DNA from: Oopsacas minuta
Taxonomy: Eukaryota > Animalia > Porifera
Assembly: GCA_024704765.1 (NCBI GenBank)
Contig: JAKMXF010000255.1
Coordinates: 496,001-560,000 of the forward strand
DNA length: 64,000 nucleotides
Direction of reading: 5' to 3'
Made by a program: the position numbers and the translations under genes. Shown here piece after piece: positions 1 through 12,772 of the stretch. Position 1 is the stretch's first letter. Every line of letters starts with the position of its first letter. The notes under the pieces were generated by a model that made no database searches, was not told the DNA's origin, and saw only the letters and a list, made by a program, of their open reading frames with translations.

Positions 1-3000
1 GTACGACCTAACAAGTTGCTGTGCTATACACGGACTACCTCATTCATCCTGTCACTTCCTAACAGCTATCCTCCAGACCAGCATATACAGCCTGCTAGTG
101 CAGAAGAATTGAGAAACATACATCCTGTAATACACTGTGAGGATGATACAGCTCTGTATAAACTGTCTGCTATCAGAACACAGGAACAGTTCATGACTAT
201 TCTAAGAGAATATTTCAACAATGCACAAAAGCGTGTGTTAATATTTGTAGCAGACATGCAGCATGTTACTCAACAGAGAATTAACTTTGTTAGGATAATG
301 ATAGATGAAGAGGAGAGTGTAGCTAAGACGAAAGTTGGTGAGTTCACTCTTAATAAGCTTATAGTTGTTCTTCTACACTATCCTCCTACTATATTCAATC
401 GTACTATTCATAAGACTCGTACCGGATCATTCTCAAGATACCCTGCTCATTTCTTACATGGCTGGGATCATTACTACCTAGATAATTTACAGAAACAGAA
501 GGAGAACAATCCTCTTAACATTCAAAACTGGTTAACTCTAACTCTCCTCTCTGATGAAGACGAGTTGAAGAAAATTAAAGGTCCTATGCTTGACTCTTTA
601 TCTAATAAGATTCCTCATTTAACAGTTGATATATTGTCTCGTATTAAGTTTGGTACAAATCTTCGTTGTGTGTTCAATTCCGCAGATATGGATCTTTATA
701 ATCGTGCTGAATTACTGAAGCAGATATTTGAAACTGATGTCGGGTTTATGCTATGTGAGATTTTCATTTCTTATTGGAAGTCAGATTTTATTCGAGAACA
801 AATCCACAACTACGCTAATTCTATCTTTCAGAACTTATCGAATTTGAGTCTCACTGATTTGGTCGTGACTAGCTTTTGGAATCTGTTCACTTCGTTCCTT
901 ACTCTAATGGTGTACAAAATTAATGAAGGATTAAATTTTGAAGTTTTATTCGATCAAGATGACAATCCTAATGATTACGTACATCATAGAATATATGAAC
1001 AGCTAGCTCCCACCAGGTCAGAATCTCTCTCAAGACGAGATACAACACACTTGTTTTTAGGAATTCTGAGAAATTTGAGCAAGCCCAGTATGGAAGAAGT
1101 TAAGAATATTTCACATATTTTGGATGCTCAAGTGAATAATGCTATCCACATCCCTAAATTCCCATTCTCCATGTACATCACTAGGGCATTTGATAATGCC
1201 ATACAGTGTAGTATACAAGAAGTCAATAAGAACATTACTGCAATACAAATTTCAAAATCTAGTCAAGGATCGAACAAGCCAAATCAAGAAGACCTCAATA
1301 AATTCCTATTAGAGAATCTGAAGAAAAATCTACATCGTTATCCTCTTATTCAGTTTATTTTAGAGAATGTTAAGAGTACTATTTGGATGCATTATTTGGA
1401 AGATTTTGCCTATAATCATATCAGCGTTTCTTCAGCTCATTTATTCGAAAAACAAGAGAATAATACCAGTTTCCTGAGATTAGTTAATTTCTGGGGAAAT
1501 GATTTTGATAGAAATGATATTGCTAACGCTCTACTCAAACTTCACATTTCTGCTTTCTCGAATCCTCCAGACTTTAGTAAGCTTCTATTCATATTTTCTT
1601 CTCTAGAGAAGCTTAAGGATCTAAATTTACCTAACATAGAAGAGAGCATAGGCATGCAAAGTCTAGTACAGCCTATTCCTACATCTGTTCCAATATTCAG
1701 CTACTTTATCGACACCCTTCATCAGGATATCATGAAAATATTTTCCAAACGTCCCTCCCCTTCCAATCTAGAAAACATCAAGAAATGGGTGAGTGTTTAT
1801 AATAATCTAATAATTCAATATGCTGGATCTCTTCACTCGGAAACTCTTGAGCACATTCTATCCAATGACCAGAAGATCAAATTTGCTCAAATGCATGCTC
1901 TCTACCTGATTGCTAGATATTATCCTATCAATGAAGATTTCCTTTTAAACGCGTTCGACTTAGCTATCTTTGTCAAATTAGAGCTGAAAGGTGGTTATGA
2001 CTTAATTAAAATATTCATTAAAGGTTTGAATAAGATAGAAGATGCATGCAAGAAGGCTAAACTTGATCATAAAGGATTCAGAGTTAAATTTGCAGAAGGA
2101 ATGTTACAACACCACATAGAGCAGAACGATAAAATAGACAATGGAATAATCTCTTGGATTCTCATTAGTGCAAACAAACAATCTGTATGGTCAGGTGCTG
2201 CTGCTAGACAAGTACACTCACAGGCTAAATCACCTGTAAAAGACGTGCACACAATTGAACCAGGTCTCCTAACATTCAGATTCTATCAGTATATTATTAC
2301 AAAATTACTATTAAGTGATATGGAAGACTCAAATGACACAACTGTTAACATAACTCAATTCAACAGTGATGTAAAACAGCTGATTGCTGATGAGCTACTA
2401 GCATCATTTCCGGTAACTACTGAGCCTACCGATTATATTCCATACTATTATAGTAACAGATCATTCATCAAATGTACAGCTGATGTACACCCTATTATGA
2501 AGCAACCTCTGGCACATCTCTACTATCAAATTGCATTAGACAGGCTGCTACAGCTGCATGAAGATAAGAAGCTTTTAAATATATTTAAATTATACTCTCA
2601 GTTCTTGGACACGAATCTATCCATTGACAAAGATACAGGTTTCAAGGTAATAGCTCGTATTGAGAAACAAGCATTATTCCAGGTTATTCTTAGATCATAC
2701 TCTGTACACTTTATCCCAAATAATTCCAGTGCTATTCTGGATTTTATAGAGTTAGAACCTGAAAGTATACAGCAAATACACACACAAATTGATGACTACA
2801 GGTTTGGGGGTGCGGCTTTAGGGGGACATAGCTGGACGATGTTATACCTCATTTCAAACAAATTCTCTTCCATGATTTCTTTCGAACATTATTTAGAAAA
2901 GTTGAAGGTATCCAGAGAGGAGTTGCCGTGGGTTTACAATTCCATTACAAGACTTCAGAAAATTGAGGAACAAAAGATTCCACAATTTCCATTCATGAAT

Positions 3001-6000
3001 ATTAAAGACAAGAAATACAAATCTTACAAGGAATGTTATGACATTATTCGTTCTATAGCTATTGCTGAGCCAGGTGAAGAAGAAAAGTGGATAGAAGAAT
3101 TTTGCCGATTAACAACCAAAGTAGCACAACAACCAGACAGGAATGCAATTTGTTTATTGCGTATGTATTTCTGGCTAGCAATCTACCAAGAATTTTATCT
3201 TCAAAACATAGAATCTAGGAAGTTTTCTATGGTGATTCAAGCGAACAAATTCTCTTCTCTCGGCCTAAGTGAGGGCAAGAGAAGAATTATTCTTTGTTTC
3301 CTCAATACTGACAATGTGATTAGAACATCTGAAGTAATAGAATCTCTGAACCCTGACACTCCCATTTACGAAATGGAAGGAAATGAAGTAAGAATGAAAC
3401 AGAGGAGTGGTGAGGAGAAATTGTTTCTCTTCGATTTCTTTTCTACAGGTCAGAAGGATCATGACGCAATCGTATTAAGGAACATGTTATGTAATCTAAT
3501 CGCGGTTTTTATGGCTCTTCCGCGCGAAACCTCTCACTTATCTCCTCTTTTCCTTTCACCCCAGAGCTTATACCAGACTTATATGGTATCTAACCTCTAT
3601 CCTAAACCGATCAATCAGGCTCTCAAATATGACTGTGGTTGTGAATTAAATGAAGATGGGAGTTATGGTCGGCCTGACTACTACAGTTTTGATAGGAAGA
3701 GCTTCACACTACATTCCTTCTATCTGATGACTTTAATGAACTTTGGTGCTCTGTCAGTCAATATCGTTACACAGCCTGATGCTCTGAAATCCATCAGTGG
3801 ACTGCTATTCTCTGAGTGGAACCAAGTAGGATTGTACTGTCTCAGTCAGTTACGTACAATATGGCTACACATGCAACTACAGTGGGAACGGACTCAGGAG
3901 GAATTAGGAGAATTCCTTACTAACTGCTTCTTTGAATATTTTATGTTAGCTGTTGAACCAATTTCTCCTTTGAAACCTACACTCTTCTACTCCACCGAGG
4001 AAGTAGAAAAGTATGAATTTGCTATTCACACTAAAGTTTATGAAAAGACATCGAAACGAACAGACTTGAAAAGCTCACAGCAAATATTTTCAGAATTTTC
4101 CAATAATGTTATTTCGTTCAGAAAATGGTATCCAACAAAAATTACATTTATACATTTACAACATGCGATTGAATCATGTCGACCAGTTGATATACGAGTT
4201 GAGTCTCCTGTGGATAATTTCGTGATTCTTCACAGATTTATTTCTGAGAGGAAACGATTCCGTATCAGTTCAATTTTACTTCCAAATTTGATAAAATTCT
4301 ACCGTCTCTTCCATACAAATCTTAACTACTTCATAACACGTAAAGAGGCTGAATCTAAGACAATCCATGAAGTGATAACTGACATCAACAAGAGATCTCA
4401 CCCTCTCGTTAATGTTGATATAATGGAGCTCTACAAGAGGATCTTGCATTTCTACAAAATGTATGTGATAGTGTGTCGTGGTTTGATAGGTTTTGGACCT
4501 TGTGCCGCAATCAGGAGAGAGGAGAAGTTCTTGCCTCTTGAGAAAAATACAAAATTTATACGAATCCTGAGTGTGAATGAAGAGTCTGAAGTAGGATTTG
4601 ATGCTTTGTACTTGGTTATTCAAGATCTGGTAAGTTATACAATGCAGTGTGATGAATTTCAGCTGCAGATGTTATATCTACAGTAAACTTTCGCTGTAAC
4701 GAAGTGCTCGGTACTTCGGATTCATTCGTTATACGTAAGAGGAAATTCGTCTTAGGCGGAGCAAAATCAATTACTTTTAAGCTAATAGAGGGAAAAGAAT
4801 CACTTCGTTATAACGGGAATTTCATTATATCCGACTGTACTTATGAGTTATGCAATTTTGAATTATTATCAGCAATTTATAAACCAGATGATACCATTTA
4901 TGTGAAACTCAGAACTAATCTGAGAACATAGCTGAATATTTATGGAAAGAATCTCAATATTCGTGATTTTATCTCTTATGTTAATTAGATTTCAACTCAG
5001 AACGAGTTCTTGGAGACCGTATCAGCGAATAAGAAGCTGCTACCTTGGCTGTCTTGTTTCAATCTGGATACTTCTACTATCACACCGACAGAAGAGAACA
5101 CTAGGAATGCTTTTGTGTCTGATCTCACTTCTAACGAGATTAACCATTACTGGTAAGCATTAACTTTTAAATGGAAAAGAATAATTTTTCCTTTCTTTTT
5201 TCCCTTAGGACATCTATGAAAGAGATCGATGAGAGCTCACTTGAGATATTTGAGCTGATCAGGAGTCGTACAACTTATACTCCATTCCAGGATACAGGCA
5301 CCTGTTCTTACGATCTAACTTCCCTTGAACAAGATATTTTCTGGAAATACATTGCTTCCAAACCTAAGTTTAATGCCAAAACTAATCTCATTCATAAAGT
5401 GTTTAGGTTTAAAGAAATTATTGTATCAAATCTCCCAGAGTAAGTTTAAGAATTATTATTTATGATTTCAAGTCATGAAGTATTACAGAATTTCTATTTA
5501 CTTAGTCCACTCAATCTGCAACAATTCCTATCACAAATGAAGAACTATTTGAGTGATCAATCTCACAAATATCTCGATACACTGCCTGAACCTGTAGTAC
5601 AGAATCTAGAGTATCATTTCCATACATTGGAGTATGCAGACTTCTGTAGACTGCTCAATGCTCTCAGACAGACTCTACAACGATTAGCACAGGTGGGACG
5701 AATCTGTCAATACATATAACCAAGAGACGATTTCATAAGATTTTCAATATTGTATTTTAATAGAGTTCAATCATGATGAAAGGTAGAGAGGAGGAACTAA
5801 TACGATTATCTCTGAGGGAATTCTTAATGAAACAATCTTCTGCTATTAATACAAGCATCGCTGTGTTAACAAATGCTGGATTCACAGAGTGAGTATTGGA
5901 TATATTGTATGCGGTAAATACAGGGCGGGATCATGTTTAGGGTACGGGGGATTTTGAAAGGAAAATACAGTAAAAATGTGAATTTTCCTATGTATTAATC

Positions 6001-6208
6001 TAAATGTATTTCGATAGATTTCCTGATCTCCAGATCAACATTTTGGCTGATGAGATTAAGGTGAACATTCTGTACTCTTGTATGGAATTCTTCCTGATAA
6101 AATTCAATTCAAGAAGTTACGAGTATTGCAAACTTCCTTACTGTGTCAAGACATCATTACCCAAAGTACTAGCCAGACTCATTTGTGAATTTGGGCAGAA
6201 GTTAGAAG
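1..6208 (+). CDS. RNF213: RNF213/mysterin-like giant AAA+/E3 protein, C-terminal half (5' end outside the window; last exon unresolved)
   Basis: Frame open from base 1 to the donor at 4629/4630. Phase-consistent GT-AG exons 4989-5152, 5209-5439, 5473-5692, 5764-5888, 6018-6208. Segments recall RNF213: YPAHFLHGWDHYYLDNL (cf. GFHGGLWQSVHIDDL), LFLSPQSL (cf. LAFSPATM), ILLPNLIKFYR (cf. FLPEILALQR), YDLTSLEQDIFWKYIASKPKF (cf. YDLEKIQRQIVSRFLQGKPRL). The ORF-track tail after 4629 is intron read-through. Confidence 0.75.
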
Positions 6209-6874
6209 GTTAGTTATTTGTATGAGAATAGATTATACTAATCCATACTTATCTAAGTTAATGTTAAAGCTTAATGTACAACATTTTGTATATGTACCAT
6301 AAGGATTCGAATAATACTCTTCAATAAATGACCAACGAACTAATTGATGATCTCTTTCCAATCAACACCACAGGAAAGCGATAGTTGAATAGAATAAATT
6401 GCCTCATTGTATTTAGTATACGTAGTATCCCAATATATTCTATGTTCCCCGTGCTGACAATGAACAAATCATTTGGATACACACTGCTACAAAATATTGT
6501 CATCCTTAATCCTTGAAATTTGAAACATATCCCTTCCCATTCAATAGCGCTACATATTACTAGGTCTATTATTAGTATATAATATAATAATTGAATGTGT
6601 GTACTTACATATATTCATGTTTCAATGATTTCTTGTAATTATTTAATTCTCTCTATTTGCTTTCCACTACATGAATATTTGCTTAACTTACAAACTGTTT
6701 GTCTCCATATTTTACGTATTTACTATATATGTGACACCGAGACAGGGATACATAATAATTTGAAGAAATTAAATACTTTATTATTACTGAACCACGATAT
6801 GTAGTGTAACACTGCTATTAGTATACACTTTCTTATAATACAACTTATTCCACCACTACCACTTTTTTCCAATA

Positions 6875-8674
6875 ATGTCTTGGAGAGAAGGATACACACA
6901 AATCCGTACACACGATGAAAAGCACTCAGATAATACTTTTAAAATTCTTCTTGCAACTGATATCCATCTCGGTTGTTATGAAGATGATCATATTCGTGGA
7001 GATGATTCTTTTGAAGCTTTTGAGGAAGTATTATTGATTGCTAAACAGGAACAGGTGGACTTTGTTTTATTAGGAGGCGATTTGTTCCACGAGAATAAGC
7101 CAAGTAGACCAACTCTTGAGAGATGTATGTCACTAATTCGTAAGCACTGCTTCGGAGATCGTCAGTTGTCAATTCACCGTCAATTATACTCTGACAGGGT
7201 TAATCAACCTCTGAACTATGAAGACCCTGACCTCAACATTTCATTACCCATATTCACTATCCACGGGAACCATGATGATCCTACTGGTCCAGGCTGTCTG
7301 TCTGTGATTGATCTCCTCTCTGTAAACGGATTGGTTAACTATTTCGGTAAATCTAGTCAAGTTGATGAAGTAGAAGTTGAGCCTCTTGTCCTTCAGAAGG
7401 GAACAACTAGTTTGGCCCTGTATGGACTCGGAGCTATGCGGAATGAGAGATTGTATAGAACATTCACACATGACAAGGTAATCTTCTTAAGAACTGAAGA
7501 ACAAACTTTCAAAATATTCATCATTCATCAAAACAGAGTAAAACATGGAGAGAAGAGCTACATAAAGCCGGAGTTCATTCCTACCTACATGGATCTTGTA
7601 TTCTGGGGTCATGAGCATGATAATCAGATATCACCGTCAATAGTACCGGTGGGAGATGGAACATTAAATATAACACAGCCGGGGTCTACTGTCGCTACCA
7701 GTCTGAGTGATGGAGAAGCTGGAGAGAAGAATGTAGGTATCTTGTATGTGGAAGGAAAGGACTTTTGTATTGAACCTATAGTGCTTCAGTCAGTCAGGCC
7801 TTTCCTAACAGATGAACTCGGTCTTGATGATAAAGTAGGTGATTACGATGATGCAAGAATAAACGATTATATTTCTGCTAGAATGGATGATCTCTTAGAA
7901 CTAGTGAAGGACTCATTCCCTAGGAATCCTAAGCTACCATTACTTAGAATTCGAGTACGAATATCTCGTCCTTACAATCAGAATAATGTTAGGAGAGAAT
8001 TCTTATCAAAATATGTTTCTCAGGTAGCTAATCCTGAAGAGGTTCTTCTTTTCTCCAAACAGCCGAAGAAACGTACCAAATTCAAAAGTGGTGAAGAATC
8101 AGTACAAACTGAGTTTGTAGAATCTTACATCACTGAGGACAGATTAATTGATTTTTTCAGAGATTTAGCGGCGGATGATGATCTAAACATCTTCACAACA
8201 AATGTATTATCTTTTGCCCTTGAAGAGTTTGTAGTGAAGGAAGAGTCTAAAGCTATTAAGAGGTATATATCTGGGTTAATCGAGGGTGCTAAGAGCTTTT
8301 ATAAATATCAGACTGAATCTAGACCTGATTTACAAACTGATGATATACTATTTACAGATGTAAAGAGAGAATTAGATAGCTTGTCAAGTGATAAGCTTAT
8401 GTATGCTTACAGTGATAGTGAAGAGTATCGTAGTGAAGATGACACCAAAGCACTTATGGATCTTACATTAAGGTCTATGAGCCCACCCCCCAGCCGCTCT
8501 TACAGATCCCCTGTCACTTCTCCTTTCCGTAGAGGCTCTGTTAGAGTAGCCTTACAGAATCCGAGAGGAGTCTCAAAGAAACGAGATAGACCTCATAGGG
8601 ATTTTGATGATACTTCTGATAGCTCCTTAAGTAGAACCACCAGTACCAGAGGAAGGAAGAAGCGGAAACTCTAG
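6875..8674 (+). CDS. MRE11: Double-strand break repair nuclease MRE11, single exon, 599 aa
   Basis: Metallophosphoesterase motifs ATDIHLG, GGDLFHENKPS, IHGNHDDP, HQNR, WGHEH and GSTVATSLSDGE, followed by the capping/DNA-binding region LPLLRIRV...VANPEEV. Confidence 0.97.
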   Translation: MSWREGYTQIRTHDEKHSDNTFKILLATDIHLGCYEDDHIRGDDSFEAFEEVLLIAKQEQVDFVLLGGDLFHENKPSRPTLERCMSLIRKHCFGDRQLSIHRQLYSDRVNQPLNYEDPDLNISLPIFTIHGNHDDPTGPGCLSVIDLLSVNGLVNYFGKSSQVDEVEVEPLVLQKGTTSLALYGLGAMRNERLYRTFTHDKVIFLRTEEQTFKIFIIHQNRVKHGEKSYIKPEFIPTYMDLVFWGHEHDNQISPSIVPVGDGTLNITQPGSTVATSLSDGEAGEKNVGILYVEGKDFCIEPIVLQSVRPFLTDELGLDDKVGDYDDARINDYISARMDDLLELVKDSFPRNPKLPLLRIRVRISRPYNQNNVRREFLSKYVSQVANPEEVLLFSKQPKKRTKFKSGEESVQTEFVESYITEDRLIDFFRDLAADDDLNIFTTNVLSFALEEFVVKEESKAIKRYISGLIEGAKSFYKYQTESRPDLQTDDILFTDVKRELDSLSSDKLMYAYSDSEEYRSEDDTKALMDLTLRSMSPPPSRSYRSPVTSPFRRGSVRVALQNPRGVSKKRDRPHRDFDDTSDSSLSRTTSTRGRKKRKL

Positions 8675-9077
8675 TTATTCATTTTTCAAGTTTTGGATAT
8701 TACATTTACTTTCCATTCGTAATTATTCGAAATTATTCGAATTATTCGTTTATTTAATTTATAATAAATATTGCTACATTAAATTTTTTGCATAAAAATA
8801 TTACAAATTATGAACATTTCTACGAGATTACACTGTTTCGTATAATATTTACGTTTGCTAATGTGCGTACACCAGATACCGATTTTATTCCACAATTATG
8901 CAATGTCCTCGCCAGGAATTTTATCCAAACGGCACACCCTGTAGGGTTGTATCTCGGAAAAGGGCCGTTAAGTAAGAGAGGGTCTTAGGGTCTTTGCCCC
9001 CCAAAAACATATTCTGTTAAGCTGTTAAGCTATTAAGATCGATCTACAGCCTCTTTTGGCACCTTGACAAACAATAG

Positions 9078-11688
9078 ATCAAAAATATATCTGACAGTAT
9101 AAATATTTTAGAAGAGTCCAAAGGTGTAGTCAGTAAAGCCATAGGGCACTGTGCCCTTTGGAAAGAGGCTAGTGAGAACACTGGAATTATGCTAGACAGC
9201 CTTCAACATACTTATTCGGTATTTTTAGATACTTTGAAGAGTAAAGATTTAACAAAAGAAGGATTAGTCCAATTACTGACTACACTCCAGCATTGTGAAC
9301 AAACTTTCATACAATCTCCTCAGGTAACTAGTTATCAGCTGTACATTCTCAACTACTATAAATACAATAAAATATCTGAACCACTACTTGTGGTCTAATG
9401 TGTCTAAACAGCAAAATATCCACCACTATTCGCCTGGAAATCTTCTGTGTAAAATTAATTGGGAATTTTTTGTGTTTTAGGCATTCGTAAAGGCAACTTT
9501 GCTAGAGTTACACTTCTATGATGAGCAGGATGATGTCATTGCCCTGTTTCCTGAAAGGATACAGAATGCTCATTACGTCGCACTTGTAGGTTCTCTACAG
9601 AGGTAAGTGTAGCCGGATGTTTAATCAATAAATACAGTAAACTCTGGTAATACCGAAGTGCTAGGAGTAGGGATCCCGGTTTCACTTCGTTGCGGAGTAA
9701 ATCAATTAGTTTCATACTACGTACGTATATGGGCTTATAAGGGTAAACACTCACTTCGTTATAACTGGAGTTTCATTTTATCCGACTTGGTTATAACGAG
9801 ACTGTTATTGGAATTTATTATATTATCATACTTCAAATATTGATTTATTTATACACAAAAATGAAATTCAAATGAAGTTATGCAATGAATTTCAATGGCT
9901 TAGTTGTAATTCTAATGTAGCGATAAGCTACAAGTTCTTTCGCTGTTGTTGACATAAATTGTTTGAACTCGTCTTTAGCTATTAGTTCGTATTCATCTTG
10001 TCTCTCATCTACCGTTTTGAATTCTATTTTTGCTCGACATAAATGTAGACCCATTCCAATACAGTTACTATTTGGGAGTTTAGATTTGCAAACTGGACAT
10101 TTGAGGTTTTCAAGGCTATATGAGAAGTCTATACATTCTCTCTTTATACCAATCTGTATCACTACTATATTTCCTTGAGAATTACAATTCGTTTCTTTAC
10201 AAAATCCTAGGAAATTTATCCCTGGTATTATAGTATGGTATCGGGGCCCTGTGTTAGAGATAGACATAATATCCATTCCTTCTACTGACCCACCCTCTCC
10301 AGGAACACTTGTAATGTCTGCAAACATTATCTTGGAGAATGTAGCCATGTTCCCTCCTGGAATTGATAGTACCATCTCAAGCTTGGACATATGAACTATT
10401 TTATAATCAGATAGACATTTGTTGTCATCCTGAAGTTTAAGTCCGTAATACATTAATCTTATATTTTCTTCTTCGCAATCAAACTCCCATTCAAGGATTG
10501 ATTTAATCTTTTTAATGGGTGTAGCTGAAAAATCTTTAACAAATACTTTACATTTTCGCTTATCGAGTGTCACCACCTCAATAAAATCCATTTGTCCTCT
10601 ATCTGTTCCTGTAGATATTTGTGTAGCCATTTGATTATTATCAATTTTGTTACTATACACATAATTATATATTGTTTTGTTCTATTTATTCAGGGCCTAT
10701 AATAATATATAATATCAGTTCTCTAAAGGATAATAATATCCCCCCGTGTATCTGTGTAAATTATCCATTTATATCCTCGTATCTTTGATGAATTATACGC
10801 TAAATACTATTTGTTTTGTTTGATAATTATATTAGCAAATAAAATTGCCAAATACAGTACAATTTTTGGTTGGCGTTAGGTATTCGGTTAGCAAACGTAT
10901 ATACATTCTGTTTTCCAAATATATTTCATTGACTAAACATGCATAATCGTAGCATTGCTATGACATAATTTCTATGTAGTCAGGGGTGTAGTGCTCTAAT
11001 TTCTAGTGGGGGAGCGCTTATGAAAGAATATATTACGCAAAAAATGGTAAAACAAAGTTAGTTTCCTATCAACGAAACATGAAATAATCCAAATTACAAG
11101 TAATATAAAATAAAAATACTTCCAAATATTGTTGTCCTTCTTCGTTGCAGATGTTACCCCATTAAGCGGAGTTGACTAGAGTACGAAAGAATGGCAACTC
11201 CGGAAAACTTAATCTACTTTTATTAAAATAACATAACAATAATCTAGTTAAAGTGAGGGAGTGTCTCCCCTTACACTACACCCCTGTATGTAATATACAT
11301 TATTTTATTTATTCTGCTATGGGGAAAATTTGGTACCTCTTATCCGAGTACTTATTTCTATAGTTGTATCATTGGGATCAATCAAAAGCTTACAGAACGA
11401 CTGGAACAAAGAACTACTTATACAAATCAATGGAAAGAACAGATAGTAGATTTCTGGAGCTTACTGCCTCACTTCTGGGAGGCAGATACTATGGAGGAAC
11501 ATCTAGATACTGAGTATGACTATGCTGGAGTACACTCTAATCCTGATTACTCTTTAGACATATATCAACCTGAAGGAGGAGACATGTACCGCTCAGGTGG
11601 GCAAGAGGCAGAAGGGACCACTAGTGTGGAGCAGGAATTGACTGGAAATGTTCAATTAGGAGCTTCTTATGATTTAAGTTTTATTTAA
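9078..11688 (+). CDS. Uncharacterised multi-exon protein of about 230-250 aa; 5' end uncertain
   Basis: Phase-compatible exons 9078-9323 (donor CAG|GTAACT), 9481-9602 (TTTTAG|...AG|GTAAGT) and 11364-11688 (TATAG|T TGT..., stop TAA) join into one open frame ending in an acidic tail. No family recognised. Confidence 0.6.
9878..10630 (-). CDS. Ubiquitin-like domain (ending IPGG) fused to a Cys/His-rich domain; nested antisense gene
   Basis: First ATG at 10630 (the track start at 10660 is GTG). Ubl-like RLMYYGLKLQDDNKCLSDYKIVHMSKLEMVLSIPGG, then GPRYHTIIPGINFLGFC-x4-C...CPVC...HLC. Intronless, and lies wholly within intron 9603-11363 of the + strand orphan gene. Confidence 0.8.
   Translation of the reverse strand: MATQISTGTDRGQMDFIEVVTLDKRKCKVFVKDFSATPIKKIKSILEWEFDCEEENIRLMYYGLKLQDDNKCLSDYKIVHMSKLEMVLSIPGGNMATFSKIMFADITSVPGEGGSVEGMDIMSISNTGPRYHTIIPGINFLGFCKETNCNSQGNIVVIQIGIKRECIDFSYSLENLKCPVCKSKLPNSNCIGMGLHLCRAKIEFKTVDERQDEYELIAKDEFKQFMSTTAKELVAYRYIRITTKPLKFIA
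10981..11286. mobile_element. hAT-type MITE
   Basis: TIR CAGGGGTGTAGTG / CACTACACCCCTG; 8-bp flanks TATGTAGT / TATGTAAT (one mismatch). Confidence 0.8.
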
Positions 11689-12772
11689 GCTGTGAGTCAC
11701 TGATTTATTATAATTCAATACTGACTGATATTCAGACTATGTAATGTAACATCAATGGTTATTAGCGGGTTGTGAAGGCAGTTTGATAGTTGTCAGGGCA
11801 TTGGCTTAACATAAAGTAAGAGGTTAACCCGTTCCTATAGGTCCTGTAAGTTTTGAAAGCCAAAGCACAGAATTACGAGAAGCGAAAAATACCCGTGTTA
11901 CCGCCCTATCGTTGTTCATTGAATCTCTCTTTTTAGCTTGCCTTCTAGAAAGTCTGAACAACATCTTTCAATGCTCTCACTAACAAACACAGAATTCAGG
12001 ATTATTAATTATTTTTACAACTGTAAATAATATTTTGGTAGTATTTCTTGTGATTACATCTGTGTGCTAATTTACTTGTGTTGTTGATTTATTTGTAAAG
12101 TTAAGTAATTGATTGTCCTAAGATAGTAATTTTTTCTTATAAGCTAAAATGTACTATAGAATTACCTATTGCCTTATATGGCTTCCCCTCTTTACGTCAT
12201 CTTTATTGTTGCCACATTGCAACATATCTCTCATTTTAACTTTATTTTAAGGGGTTTCTAACCAGCAACCTAGGCCGTTACCAGTCGCGTTATGGCCATA
12301 ATACAAGAGAGGAGATGGGGTTACACATGTCTCAAAAATTTCTCTGGTGCCCCACATATATATTCCAGAGCATCCCACTTCCTAGTAACAAGAAAAATAT
12401 GAACTTTGGGTTCAATTACATAGCAAATTACCATTTTCTTCTAAGGGTATCGCTCCTGGGCCCAACTAGGGGCTTACAGCGCTTCCTAGACCCCCAGGAC
12501 TGAACTCGCTATATATAATTTGCAAGATGCCCTCCAGCAACCATCAGATCCAACAATGAAATATGAGAATCTAAAATTGAGATTTTTTTAATTCCTATTT
12601 TAATTGTGAGAGGTCATTTACAATACAATTCTAGACACACGTATACACATACCGTAATGACATAACAATGGAATTTTTCTATGTACTTAGGAATCAGATA
12701 TTGTAATTATTCCCCAATGTAGTTTGATAGGATTCATATAATGCTACTCAATAGATTTCTATTTTATTTATA

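Noticed and set aside
4630-4988. ORF-track tail of the 1556-aa ORF and ORF 4704-4931
   Set aside because: Intron 1 of the RNF213-like gene, containing a degenerate pogo-like MITE related to 9635-9805.
6209-6560. Possible final exon of the RNF213-like gene
   Set aside because: Candidate phase-1 acceptors give only very short tails (VNVKA*, GFE*); could not be resolved.
6875-8674. Intronless state as evidence of retroposition or HGT (MRE11, RTKs, ARTs)
   Set aside because: Long single exons are common throughout this window, so the signal is not discriminating.
8898-8971. Candidate first exon of the orphan gene
   Set aside because: Phases fit only with an alternative acceptor at 9097; ambiguous, so not called.
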